Assembly (NCBI RefSeq): GCF_006345805.1 | Contig: NC_043013.1 | Location: forward strand, 9,734,001-9,798,000 | From: Octopus sinensis | Taxonomy: Eukaryota | Direction: 5' to 3' | DNA length: 64,000 nt | In this document: positions 1-12,516 of the stretch, piece by piece | How positions within the stretch are numbered: position 1 is the stretch's first letter | Layout: every line of letters starts with the position of its first letter | Translations under genes and position numbers: made by a program | Notes under the pieces: model-generated | Seen by the model: the letters and a program-made list of their open reading frames with translations, nothing else | Database searches by the model: none | What the model was told of the DNA's origin: nothing

Positions 1-317
1 TGAGATGAAATCGTCGCAGGTAGAGCTTTTCGGAATGACCCCGCAGCCGACCGCTCTGGAGCAGGAGTGAAGAACAGCTCTTTCGAGAGGTTACACTTTC
101 CGCTTATGATGTTGTGGGCGAGAATGAGATCACCACGGCGGCGGCGTTTTTCAAGAGAATAAAGGTCGAGCGTCCTCAGCCTTTCTTCATAGGACAAATT
201 TTTGAGACCATGAACGATGCGGGTAGCCAGCTTCTGGACTCTTTCCAGATGCTGTATGTATTTGAGGAGATAAGGAGAAGAGGCTTGAATCCCGTACTCC
301 AATATGGGTCTCACTAG
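1..317 (-). mobile_element. CR1-clade LINE ORF2 C-terminal relic (frameshifted, runs off window edge)
   Basis: Manual minus-strand translation: LVRPILEYGIQASSPYLLKYIQHLERVQKLATRIVHGLKNLSYEERLRTLDLYSLEKRRRRGDLILAHNIISG, then after frameshifts ...RLRGHSEKL. These are the LVRPxLEY / LERVQ..AT / SYEERL / RGDLI / RGH..KL motifs typical of CR1 ORF2. Confidence 0.9.
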
Positions 318-911
318 CGTGACATATATAGATATATGTTTATCTATCTATCTCTCTCTCTCTATATATATATATACATACATGTAATTTACATATATAT
401 ATATCCTTAAATCCTTAAAAATGTTTCAGCTCTAAATGCGTTTACATAGATATATATATATATGTTTATGCATATAATTGCTTATATATATGTACGTGTG
501 TGTGTGTGTGGGGGGTGAATTTATATATATATATATATATATATAATTATTATATAAAGGTCACAATACATGTATTCATATGCTGAGAGAACTGAAACAT
601 ATTCTTCAGGAGCAAACCACATGTCACAACGAACTAAAAAAATTGAATAAATAGAACAAACGCGATGAAGCTGAGAAGACAGCATATAAAAAACGCAGAC
701 AGTAAACGACTGTAAACAAGAAACGGAAAACGAAACTAAAGTGTCTCTCAAAATATGAAACTATTAGTAGAGGTTTAATACATATATTATGACCGTTAAA
801 AAATGATAATTATATCTCACCAGATGGAGTAGTTTTTTGTTGTTGAATATCAGGGTTCAGTTCATTTTATATGTTATGTATATATATGTATATATATGTG
901 TATATATATAT

Positions 912-962
<51 letters not shown>

Positions 963-1766
963 TATATATGTATGTATATATATATATACATTATATATAT
1001 ATATGTATATATATAATATTATTATATTATCATTATATTATTATTATTATTATTATTATATTATTATTATTATTATTATATTTTTATGTATATATACATA
1101 CATATCCTTTTTTGTGTGTGTGTAAATAAATATGTATCTTTACAAATATGCACTCCCAGATAAACCTACATATACGCACATACGTAAATAACATTTGCAT
1201 ACATACATGCATACATGCATAAATACATACATACATACATACACATATACACACATGCATGCACGCACGCACACAGACACGCACACGCACACATATAATA
1301 CATATATATATAATCACACACCATACACACAAATATATGTACACAAATGTATAAATATTTTCGCCTTGTGTGTGGGTGTGTATACGTACTCATGAATCCA
1401 TATAACCATAGGTATTTATATGTGTGTGTAAATACTAGTATGTATATAAAGGTTTGTGTATACCCGTGCTCTGTTGTACACAAGTCGACTGAAGAAGGAG
1501 TACGCTTTTTTATGTCCTAGTAATTTTGAGCTTCTTGTATATTGAGATTCCTGTAACTTTGCACAAACACACTGATGAAAGTAGAAAATTCAATGTTGTA
1601 CTGGTCATATTTTGTTTGTCTAATCCTATAAATTCGGATTAAAGCAAATTTTTGTATGTGCATATTCATATATACATGTATATATATATGTATATATATA
1701 GTTGAAATTTACAGAAAAACAAAAAAGACGTGACAGTTCTATAAACAACAAGAATATATATATATA

Positions 1767-1950
1767 GGGAGAGTTTACGAAAAAATCCAAAAGACGAAGA
1801 CAGGTGGTGTACAAAACAAACAGATGTATTAGTTTAACGCTCAGGAATAGAATAAGTCTTTTACATTTCGAGCCTACGGTCTTCTCCAGAAAGGGACACA
1901 GAAAAAACAAGGAGAGAAAAAAATTTGTGTAGTGGCTAACGATCTATCAT
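1767..1950 (-). mobile_element. Short non-autonomous HHR-bearing element, degenerate core; same family as 56195-56346
   Basis: Reverse complement reads tttCTGGAGA-A-GACC-GTAG-GCTC-GAAATGTAaaagac...gagcgttaaactaatacatctg...tgtcttcgtctttt then (TA)n, colinear with the copy at 56241-56346. Confidence 0.7.
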
Positions 1951-2184
1951 GCCGACTAGTGCTGGACAGAGGGGTCAAACACGAGAGGAAAGTAGGATAT
2001 ATACATATGTACATATATATATATATTTGTATGTATGTATGTATGTATGTATGATGTATGTATGTATGTATGTATGTATGTATGTATATTGTTGTATTTG
2101 GGGATGGTCATGTTGCCAGTTTAGCCAATGAAAACACATGTACTATGTATTTCGTGTTCTCTTGTTTCAGCTTTACATCATATT

Positions 2185-2234
2185 AATCGTATTTCGGCCA
2201 GACTTCTCTCGTCACACTTCTCTGACCTCGTCAG
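2185..2234 (-). ncRNA. Hammerhead-ribozyme-like motif; helix I not evident
   Basis: Reverse complement: CTGACGA-GGTCAGA-(18 nt loop)-TCTGGCC-GAAA-TACGATT. Intact CUGANGA and GAAA boxes; 7-bp helix II with one G-U pair. Confidence 0.5.
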
Positions 2235-2629
2235 TGGACCTTTGCTTTCAACTTTGTTTTTTGTGTCTCTCCTTTCTAATGATCTACCATTTTGTATTCC
2301 TGTTGTATGTTTATTTATTTGCGCATGCGTACATCCGTATGTGTGTCTATGTTTAGTAAGTGTGTGTGTGTGGGAATGTGTATGGTATCTGCATTAACTG
2401 TATCCCCTCTTTATTCACGTTCGTTTAATTTAATTTATTTCATTCATTTATTTTTATCTCATTACTTTTTCATTTCTTTCTTTTTTGTATCAATTCAATT
2501 TAATTTATTATATTTTATGTATATAATTACTTAATTCCATATATTTATCTGTCTATTTTATTAGTTTTATATTATTATTAGTTTATGGAGATCTTATTCT
2601 GTCACAGGTTGTGATATGTGGGTGTGTGT

Positions 2630-3160
2630 GCTAGTGTTCCATTCTAGTTTTGTATTGAGGCTAGGATTATCTTCTATTATGTATAGCTTGCGTAATTTGT
2701 CTAAACGTTGCGTCCGTTCTATGTATGGACAAGATTTTAACTTCCATGTTGTTGACTGAGCCCCCGTGTTTCCGTTCGGCGTGCTGGTATAGAACCGATG
2801 AGCTCTTCTCTTCCATAAGTTCCCCCAAATGCTCATTAACTCCCTCTCCTATGCTCCGTGCTGTCTCCCCTACGTACGTCGTTGTCTTGTTCCTGCACCG
2901 TCCCTCTGTACATCTCATGCATTCCTATATTCCTAGCTTTACAGTTTGTTTGCGGGTTGAATGCACATACAATTCAGCTCCTATCAGTACAGGAGATTCC
3001 ATTAAAAGGGTAGGTTCTACCAATTAGGGATTTCATAGGATTACCTGGCCTTTCTACAACTTTAATTGTTAGCTTAAGCTTGACTAGGGCCCTTCTAAAG
3101 TGGTACACCAGTTCGCCTCTTGGGGTGGTGTCGACGAACATGACACTCTGGTATTTGTGG
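2630..3160 (-). mobile_element. Penelope-like element relic (RT thumb end, Cys-rich linker, GIY-YIG endonuclease)
   Basis: Joined minus frames: KVVERPGNPMKSLIGRTYPFNGISCTDRS*IVCAFNPQTNCKARN / MRCTEGRCRNKTTTYVGETARSIGEGVNEHLG...HAERKHGG / YIIEDNPSLNTKLEWN. YxGET-R-EH motif and LNxKxEW terminus of PLE endonucleases. Confidence 0.85.
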
Positions 3161-3335
3161 CATATAAACATACATACACAGACACTCACACACACACACA
3201 CACACACACATTTATGTATATATGCGCACAAACGTGCAGGAAAATGCACGTGCCCACACATATACACACATAAATATAATCGTATGAATGTATATGTGTA
3301 TATAAATGTGTATACGTGTTGAAGTGTATATATAT

Positions 3336-3566
<231 letters not shown>

Positions 3567-4338
3567 TCAGTGTGCATAATACAATACATATACATATATT
3601 TATATGCACACATATGCATATGTGTGTGAGTGTGTGTATGTGTGAATAAATGTAATATGTATAAGTATTAACCAGATATTTCCCGTATCTCTCACACACC
3701 GCAGGCACACATACACATACCTACTTACACACATACAAACATACATACAACTATACATACACATATATGTGTGTATATCCATATGTAATGTAGATAGGGT
3801 TAACGACCAAGATGTGTCCAGTATATCTGTTTATTCCAGTATTCTACATCTGCCTGTAGATGTTGAAAATACTGGAAAATATTTTTGCAGAGTAAAATAC
3901 AAATCAAAACAAGACATTGTAAAAAATATTTAGTATTATTCATTCACAATTACATATGTTTCATTTGCTAATAGGTGTTACAAAACTGTACATGCAGTAG
4001 TAAGTATGTAAGATGACACTTATAAATTCTTCAGACATAGAATCAAATATCATTATTGACATTATTTACTTTTGACGGATATTTGTCCTCATCTTGTTTG
4101 TTGATAATACAACATTTCGGCTAATTTTCCCTCCAGCCTTCATCATAATTCCTCATCTCTTAAATATAAAATTGTATTATCAAATAACATTTTTGCAACT
4201 ATTAGCAAACGAAACATATGTAATGATGATAAAATGATGCTAAAAAACTGTCAATCTCCTATTTTTCAATCTCATATTTTGATATTTATGTATATGCGTG
4301 CGTGTGTGCGTGCGTGTGTGTGTTTTGTGTGTGTGTGT

Positions 4339-4376
<38 letters not shown>

Positions 4377-4633
4377 CTTAGGGTGAGAGAATGTTCATGA
4401 GGATGGGCATATCTACCCGAAAGTGTTAAGTAAGATATATCTATTGATCTACCACTTTCTCTAAAGTGGTGAAGACCATATAATTGTGAAAATTCTCAAA
4501 AATTTTAAGAATATCGCGTGACGTACACATATTTTCCAACCGACAGATGTTCATAGCAACAAACTTATATGCACAGTGATATAAATAGTTATATACATAA
4601 GTGCCTCTCTGTATACTCACATAAATTCATACA

Positions 4634-4700
4634 TACCGTATTTTCCAGCGTTGAAGACGCTACTTTTTTTCCTAAAATAAGTCTCGAAAATTTACCATAC
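4634..4700 (+). mobile_element. Possible pogo/Tigger-like terminal fragment
   Basis: TA-CCGTATTTTCCAGCGTTGAAGACGC resembles pogo-type TIR starts; no matching right end found. Confidence 0.3.
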
Positions 4701-4878
4701 TTCCTGGAGGTTACGAAGGTTGCATTTTTCATATGCATATCCTAATCCCTAATCCCAGAGGAAAATTATCTATGCTAGACAGTAATCTGAACCCCTGAAT
4801 ATGACCACTCAGAGAAGTTTATAAATTATACTTTGTTAAAGTAGGAATTAAACAAAAATATCATAAAATTTCAAAATA

Positions 4879-5170
4879 TCTCTCTCTCTCTCTATCCGCT
4901 CAGTCGAAGTCGACTCTCGGTTACTCGATGGATCAGTGTCCTCCAGTCAGTTCTATCCTGGGTCGCTTCCTTCAGACTGGCCATGTCCATTCCGGTATCA
5001 CTCCTGATGGTGTCAAGCTAGCGGGTTCTTGGTCAGCCTCTTCCTCTCTTGCCACTGACCATTCCGAGCATGATGTCCTTCTCCAGGGATTCTCTCCGCA
5101 TAATATGACCGAAATATGCCAGTCTACGCTTGGTGATCTCAGCTTCTAGCGACATTTTCGGCCTTATCTG
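4879..5170 (-). mobile_element. RTE-clade (BovB-like) LINE 3' end with (GA)n tail
   Basis: Minus translation QIRPKMSLEAEITKRRLAYFGHIMRRESLEKDIMLGMVSGKRGRG*PRTR*LDTIRSDTGMDMASLKEATQDRTDWRTLIHRVTESRLRLSG*. Two internal stops; FGH-RR / GxRxRG / DR..WR motifs. Confidence 0.88.
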
Positions 5171-5322
5171 CTTAAGAACCTCTCAAAATATACGCAATCA
5201 CAAAAAATGCATTCCCGCATAGGTAGTGTATACTACAAGGGCCAACTGACGAGTGATATTTTACATGTGTATCTATATTGCCGGTATTGTCAATCCCTTC
5301 AAACAACCTGACTTTAATGGTC

Positions 5323-5716
5323 ACTAGCAGTATCGTCCGGCGTTGCTCGGGTTTGTTTCGACCCTTTAGAATTGGAATTTTTGAAAAGTAAAAAAATTTG
5401 CATTATGTAGCTTGTCATTCTCTTTAAGTGAACATTTTTCTGGTTGAAATACATAGAAAAATGGCGGCAAAGCAGTAAGAAAATCGTAAAAAATAGGGAT
5501 TTTCATAGAAAAAAGCACCTTTTTGATGTAATTCATTTTTGGTGTTAACATGGTCCGATTTGAATTTTTTCTTCTACGGAAGGAATAGCAAGCCTTCTTC
5601 TATCATACTCTCAATTTTGGTCAACTTGCGCCGCAGGGTCTCGGAGGAGATAGTGTTAGTTGAAGGCTACCAAACCTGCCATACACAGACAACTCCAGCT
5701 TTATATATAGAGAGAT
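5323..5716 (+). mobile_element. Non-autonomous Helentron-associated (HINE/DINE-1-like) element
   Basis: Starts ACTAG..CGTCCGGCGTTGCTCGGG (5' subterminal hairpin); ends cagacaactccagctttatatatagagagat. Confidence 0.55.
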
Positions 5717-6250
5717 TATTAAGTAAAACTGCGGTATGTTAAAAGGGTTTTCAAGCAAATATTTATAACAATTCTATTGTAACCACTAACTCACTTTCTG
5801 TGATGAAACGTGCTGCGTTCAGTCATTATTTACTCACTCTCTGTGAAGAAACGTGTTGTATACAGATAGCAACATAGACTTCCTCCTTGATCTCAGAAAG
5901 TAATGGTCTTAACCAGTTCAAACCTGGACCTGCTGACGTTAGGATCTGCAACTTCAGAAGGTTTTACTTAAAACATTTAACATAACAGTTACGATGGCAA
6001 CCTGTTTGTATGTTTATGTGTGTGTGTCTGTTTGCACCTTCCTTACGTACGAGATAATAAAGGAATTTTATACTACTTCTACAACACATTTTGTACATGA
6101 GTGTGTATGTGTGTGTGAGTGTGCGTGTGCTTGCGCGTTCGTTGCGTAAATGTATGTCTGTGTGTGTCTGTCTTAGTATATGTATGTGAGTGCATGTGAA
6201 AGTGTATGGATATGTCAGTGTATGTGTGTTTGAGTGTATGTGTGATTGTC

Positions 6251-6375
6251 AATTACACTGAGGTAAACTGGCTATGTGAAAGAGCAACACTGGCTCCAAC
6301 TAATGGAATGGTTGATAAATTCAGTCATAAGCTTCTTCAAAAGTGAACAGATACATCAGAAATGAATTTTCCATC
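6251..6375 (+). mobile_element. Helitron Pif1-helicase coding fragment
   Basis: Translation NYTEVNWLCERATLAPTNGMVDKFSHKLLQK*...PSIHT matches the WLxERAILAPxN motif of Helitron RepHel helicases. Confidence 0.75.
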
Positions 6376-7429
6376 AATTCACACAACTCACAAAATTCAC
6401 ATCTCCAGTCTGTTACAAAGAAGACAAATCCCTGTTACTTCTAAAATTAACATAATTCAGACGACATAAAAAAATATTTTTATCAGCAGACTAGTACTCA
6501 CCATTTCTGTTTGAAATTGCCTACAATATTAGCAACAACAACAACAGTATAATCAAGTCCATAACCTATCTAAGATGTATGTATTTTTCTAACTAACTTG
6601 AGTCTTATGCTTTAAATCAATATCTCATGCTATACTACCAAAATACCCATATAATCATTTTATCGATCTGAAACGTTTAAAGTGTTACTGGAACAAAATT
6701 TGCTAAAACTACATCCATTGGATGGCTAGATAAAATAGAAATTAGCCCGAAAATGTCTTTTGCATATATCATTTGTTATTCTAATGCGTAAGGTCGTTAA
6801 AATACTGCTTCAGGAAACAATGATAAAAAAGGTAACCACATCGACACCCCTGAAAGCCAACCATTACTTCTCATACATTTCAAAATGTAGCTGATCCGAC
6901 AGATATCAACAGGGAATACATTCAGCTTAGAATCAATTTAAAGTTGCGGTTTGAAGATAATGTTTATTATTTCTCTAAACTATCATTCCATAAAAGAGCA
7001 TTTTTGTCGAGAGTAAGGAAAAAAAAAACAAAAACAAAAAAATAAAAAATGACTATCATACTAAATATTGTTGACTATATCACTTGAGACCAAATGAAAT
7101 TATGAGACCGTATGTGTAAGACTGCCTATGTCTGCTTCTGTATAGCTACTATCACTTTGAAAGAAACATCTTAGAAATGTCCTAACTATACGTAGTAATG
7201 AAATAACTCAGTCAAAGTAACGGCTGTGTATAAAAAAGAATAGAATATAAACAAACCTGAACCGCAGAATACCATAACTAAATGCCATAATAAGATGTAA
7301 GGTAAAAAATAAATTCAATGTACGTCAACTATTTCTGCTGAATGGACAGATTGACACTGTATGGAGATTTTCCACTTAAAATCTTTTGAGAGAAAAAGAA
7401 TTACAAAGCCATAAGTCGTTGAGTGAAAA

Positions 7430-7660
7430 ATGATGTTGAAGTGTTGGGCTTACAAACTTTGGGTCGGGAGTTCGATACTCGGACCAGACGGTGTGTTGTC
7501 TTATTGAATCAAATACTTCACTTTACGTTGCTGCGCTTAACTAGTGAAAATGAGAGCCTTAGGTGTCCAATTTCACCTGGCAACCTGTTCAGTGTTGAGA
7601 AGCGTTTAACTCTTGTTTGCTTTGTAACTCCTTGACATAAACCTGTTAAACACCGGCCGC
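7430..7660 (+). mobile_element. Degenerate tRNA-headed SINE (family D)
   Basis: B-box-like GAGTTCGATACTC followed by acttcactttacgttgct, the core seen in the better copy at 53150-53372. Confidence 0.6.
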
Positions 7661-7712
7661 GTGGACTTATTGCAAAAGAAGTAGAAAAAAAGAAGAGAGA
7701 TATTTATCATAT

Positions 7713-8110
7713 AGACGCAGGAGTGACTGTGTAGTAAGTAGCTTGCTTACCAACCACATGTTTCCGGGGTCAGTCCCACTGCGTGGCACCTTGGGCAAGT
7801 GTCTTCTACTATAGCCTCGGGCCGGCCAAAGCCTTGTGAGTGGATTTGGTAGACGGAAACTGAAGGAAGTCCGTCGAATATATGTATGTGTGTGTATATG
7901 CTTAGTGTGTCTCTGTTTGTCCCCTCAGAATCGCTTGTAAACCGATGCTGGTGTGTTTACGTCCCCGTAACGTAGCGGTTCGGCAAAAGAGACCGATATA
8001 ATAAGTACTAGGCTTACAAAGAATAAGTCCTGTGTTCGATTTGCTCGACTAAAGGCGGTGCTCCAGCATGGCCGCAGTCAAATGACTGAAACAAGTAAAA
8101 GAGTAAAATA
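7713..8110 (+). mobile_element. tRNA-headed composite SINE (family A), full length
   Basis: Head with A/B boxes, ccttgggcaagtgtcttctactatagcc core, internal (TA/TG)n, 3' half ending gactgaaacaagtaaaagagtaaaa; many copies in window. Confidence 0.9.
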
Positions 8111-10855
8111 GTATGTGTGTGTGTGTCTGTATTTATATATATATATATGTGTGTGTATGCGCGTGGTGTGCGTGTGTATATGTATGTGTGTGTTTGTGTG
8201 TGTGTGTGTGCGCGCATGTTTGTTTGTGTGTGTGTGTCTGTTACTTATCACTCGTATGCTATTGGCGTGAAGCTAAAAAGTAGTTCCAAAACGGTTTCGA
8301 CACGACTAGTTCATTTACTCTCGATTCACCAAGCCCCATCCCATACTTTTGTATATTCCCAGTCTAGGTTATATTTTCATTCGCCGTTCAGAACAACCGT
8401 GTTTCTTTTTCTCCAATTATTTTCTGGGATTTTAATTTAAGTTACTGTATTTTATTTTTGGTTGTTTTTGGTATCTTAAATGCGGTTTTTATTGCTCCTC
8501 CCCACACTTGTAACATCATTCGATATTATGGTTTCTGTCTCAGAATAATTTTAGTTTACCAATTTCTTGACCAGCTCAAGTAATTGTACTTTCTTCTCTC
8601 TGCTACTCGCTAATGACATTGTTTTAGTATGAGTTCTACTACTATACAAAAGTCTTTCTGTTTTGCGTGATAATACTGTTTTCGAAAAAAAAAATTCCAA
8701 GGTGGACGTTGACTGAATGACGCAGTAGAAAGAAGCCCAAAAATGTGTTAAGATTAAAAAAAAAAAATGAAAATAAATAAATAGATAAATAACAGTGAAA
8801 GAATCCAAATACGATAACGCTAAGGAAATATTGTAGTTGTTCCAATTTGTCTTACCTTTAATACAAGTCTTTTTTGGTTTTTCACTCTAACTTCTCTATC
8901 ATAAATGTTACTGTTTTATTGACCTATATTACACTTTCGAAGATATCTTTAAGCGATTTTTACAACACATCCAGACCGGACTTACAAGTTGGAAAGCTTA
9001 ATGAATGAAGCTAGGAAATAATAAAAAATATATATATTCGGTGGAAATGACATTTCGCATTATTGATTATTATTTCGAACTGTCTGGTAAAAGGTCAGAA
9101 ACCTATTACTGGAGAGCGTGTTTCTTTGTAATAAAACCTTACGAATGGTGTTAGGATGACTTAATCGAATGTTAGAACGAAGGTTTGATGTGTCAAGAAG
9201 AAAAAAAAAAGAAAAGAAAGAAAGAAGAAGAAGAAAAAGAAAAGAAAGAAAGAAGAAGAAGAAAAAGAAAAGATGGTAAACGAAGCAAATGAAAAGAAAG
9301 AAAACCTATACAGCAATTGAGTGTAACAGGCGACCATGTATGGCCGCCGCCTTTTTAGCATTTGGTTCACTCTTTGTACAGACGTTCTCTTTCAGTGTTA
9401 GTTAAATTGAGTTAGAGGAAATAAAAATGACACAAGACATTCAGCTGAGTTTGGTGAGGCAACCACAAGTTTAATAATACAGTAATGTTCTGTCTCTATT
9501 TCGCGAATTCATCGCTTGGAAATGGGAAATAGAAACAGGTTGTAACTTTAGCCAATGAACATGAAGACAAAGTGAGAGATATACGAGTTTATAGTTTATT
9601 ATTTACTACCTTGTTTTTGTTGTTTTGTTCTTATTTTCCTTTTATTTTTCTTTCTTATTTTCTTTTAAGAAATGAAAATGATGCGAAGAACTTTGGTAAT
9701 TTAGTTTTGAATAACTTGCTGCCAGTACAGGTTAGGAAGAAAAGGTGTTGTATTCTAGAATTAAATTCATTTATGTTTCCTGCGATAGTAACTTCACGAA
9801 GGAATAGAAACAGTTCGTGTTTGGCTACGGTTATAACATAAACTCTACGATATGAAATCAATGTCATACGCACTTGTTGTTGTTGTTGTTGTTTTTGTTT
9901 GACTCCTACGCGGCCCTGACTGAAGATTCCTTATAAAGAAATGCATTGCACTCATGAGAATAGCATTATGCCTTTCGGTATCGAATATCCAGAAATACAT
10001 TATTGTCTCCTTTCGTTTTCAGTGAGGTGAGAATGTCATTAGACTGACATTTGCCTGCTGTTTCTTGGCGATCGAAAAATTGCATGGAGTCTCCTCCCCA
10101 CAAGAAGTAATGAAGTCAGTTTATTAAAAAACAAAAAAATAGATAAATAAAATAAACTGTTATGACTCAGTCAGCATTTTAAAGTTGTCTGAAATGTTTT
10201 TAAAAGGATAATATTGAATTTAGCTCAAAAAATTCTATACATGTTAAAACAGTATTTTCAGTATTATTGAAAGGTAACTGTTTCATACCAGAATGAAAGT
10301 AACATCGGACTAAGTTTGACGTGGAATCACTTCGATACCCAATAATATTTAAAAAAAACAAAAAAAAACAATTATTTTATTTAGGTGCACTTGCAAATTA
10401 TATATGTGAGGATAGGTACCATAACAGAAATACATCCCAGCACAATATAACCAAGTACATTGCTACACCGAGGAAGCTTCTCTGTGGTTGCACCATCTAT
10501 TAGAAATAGCATTTACAAACCACACTCTGGCGTCTTTAAAAGAAGCGCAATTGAGTAATATACTCCAATTCAAAATTATTCTTATGTATTTATTTATTCA
10601 TGGCAAGCTGTAAACTACATTGAAGAGCATTAGGGCTCATGACACGCGGGGTCCCCGGGCAGATGCACGGTGTACCTATGCTTTAAGATAATACTGATCA
10701 TAGGTTGAAAGCTTTCCATCATCTCCTCTTCGACATCCTATCCCGCTTCTCCATTGGATAATCCTCTACGTAAGTGATATTGTGTATGCAATACTGACCA
10801 GTACGCTTATGTCTATAGTTTCTTTCTGGAGCACAGTGTATAATTTCATTTATTG

Positions 10856-10893
<38 letters not shown>

Positions 10894-11008
10894 GAGTTTA
10901 TTTTTACCTTGTTAAGAATTAACACGGAATAGTATCAGTGGAATTTTCGAAACATGTGTCGAAAGTAAAAATATTTGATTTACACCTGCGTTAAACTCCA
11001 TTTATTTA

Positions 11009-11058
<50 letters not shown>

Positions 11059-11399
11059 ATATACATAGCTAGATCATTAATATCTCTATATATCTGGAGC
11101 ATTATTATCTAATGTAGCTAGTTAGATTTAATATAGCAAAATCATAAACTTGGAAATATATGCCTTTTGCATAGCTTCTCCAATACGACTGAGATCTGTA
11201 GCTTTATATTCATGATACACATGTTTAATAAACAGCATTTACGAAGAACCTAACATTTGTATATAAAACAGAACGTATAATTCGGTTTCCTTTATAGTTA
11301 ACACTGATGACTGTTAATAGATGTAGCTATTGATGTCCAGTCGAGAAGTTTCTACACAAATATTTAGAAAGGAATTAACATTGTCATATTTTCAGTATT

Positions 11400-11575
11400 T
11401 AATCTTTTCATGTATTTTTCTTTTTATTGTATTCTTTATTTTTGGTCTTTTTTCTCGTTCACGATGAAGGACTAAAGTCCGAAACGTATAAAGAATTTTG
11501 CTGGGCGTTTAATTAATATCAATATCGTTTGTTTATCTGTTTACCTTGCTATTGTCTTGTTGCTTGATCCCTATC
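11400..11575 (+). mobile_element. Short HHR-bearing element with damaged CUGA box
   Basis: ACGATGA-A-GGAC-TAAA-GTCC-GAAACGTA at 11461-11488, followed by gggcgtttaattaatatc...tgtcttg and (TA)n, as at 1767 and 56195. Confidence 0.6.
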
Positions 11576-11812
11576 TCTATATATATATATTTATATAGGG
11601 GTTATGAGAGGTAATGATGTCAAAAGACTCAAAGGTGTCAGGTAATGATGAGTAAGTGCTATGGACAGACTATAGTTAAGCTCCAGGTTTGGTGATTATG
11701 CGAATAAGGAGCCCAACATAGGTCATATATCAGCATGTGGATATATAAAATTTTTCAGAATGAGATAAAAATCGAAGGCTGTGAAAGATTTTAGAACATT
11801 TATAAATAGAAG

Positions 11813-11860
11813 GTCTTACAGCTGTTTCTGGGATATTTTATATATCCCTTCATCGGAGAC
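11813..11860 (-). ncRNA. Hammerhead-like motif in left arm of palindrome (core mutated to CCGAUGA)
   Basis: Reverse complement gtct-CCGATGA-A-GGGATAT-ATAAA-ATATCCC-A-GAAACAGCTGTA-agac. Confidence 0.55.
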
Positions 11861-11968
11861 GGTGTGAGAAAATGGTTAAGCAACAGTTATTTTAGATAAG
11901 AAATGGAGACCACTTCACTCTCCATTTCTTATCTAAAATTAACTATTGCTTAACCATCTTCCCATACT

Positions 11969-12016
11969 GTCTCTGATGAAGGGATATATAAAATATCCCG
12001 GAAACAGCTGTAAGAC
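11969..12016 (+). ncRNA. Type I hammerhead-like motif in right arm of palindrome
   Basis: gtct-CTGATGA-A-GGGATAT-ATAAA-ATATCCC-G-GAAAC-AGCT-GTA-agac. Helix I gtct/agac, 7-bp helix II, palindromic helix III ACAGCTGT, GUA triplet; one extra nt on each side of helix II. Confidence 0.65.
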
Positions 12017-12516
12017 CTTCTCTCTATAAATGTTCTGAAATCTTTCACAGCCTTGGATTTTTATCTCATTCCGAAAATTTTCATATATATATATTTATAT
12101 ATGTATGTGTGTATGTATGTATGTAGGTATGTATATATGTATGTGCGTATGTGCGTGTGTATGTGTCTATGTGTGTAGAACGAGAGAAAGAGGGAGAGAA
12201 AGAAAGAGGGAGGGGAAAGGAGTGAGAGAGATATGGCAATAACTTGTCAAAACATGACTATCTGCAAGGGTAGTCGTCAATTCCTTTCTTCATGTTGAGT
12301 TTTTATTACGTTGAAATCAAGCTAGCACCATCTGACCTGTGAGTATAAAGGTTGCCCCGCCACCCAGGCTTTGGCATTTTCCAAAATTGACAAAACACCA
12401 ATGCAGCAACTGCAAGAATCTCTACCACTACCACCACCACCACCACCACCAGTTGTAGTAGTAGTAGTGGTGAGTTTTTAAAAAAGTCCAGATATAACAT
12501 TATTATAAAATAATTA

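Larger units (their letters stand above)
11741..12088. repeat. Long imperfect palindrome (~170 bp arms, 9 nt spacer at 11910-11918)
   Basis: gaatgagataaaaatcgaaggctgtgaaag...aaatggaga | ccacttcac | tctccattt...ctttcacagccttggatttttatctcattc. Confidence 0.95.

Noticed and set aside
559-609. HHR-like motif on the minus strand (CTGAAGA-ATATG...CATAT-GAATACATGTATT)
   Set aside because: GAAA box lacks one A and helix I is unconvincing; kept only as a weak member of the HHR set.
871-1483. Many 60-290 aa ORFs ([24 protein letters not shown] types) here and across the window
   Set aside because: They are translations of (TA)n, (TG)n, (ATT)n, (TAGA)n and (TTC)n microsatellites, which lack stops in some frames.
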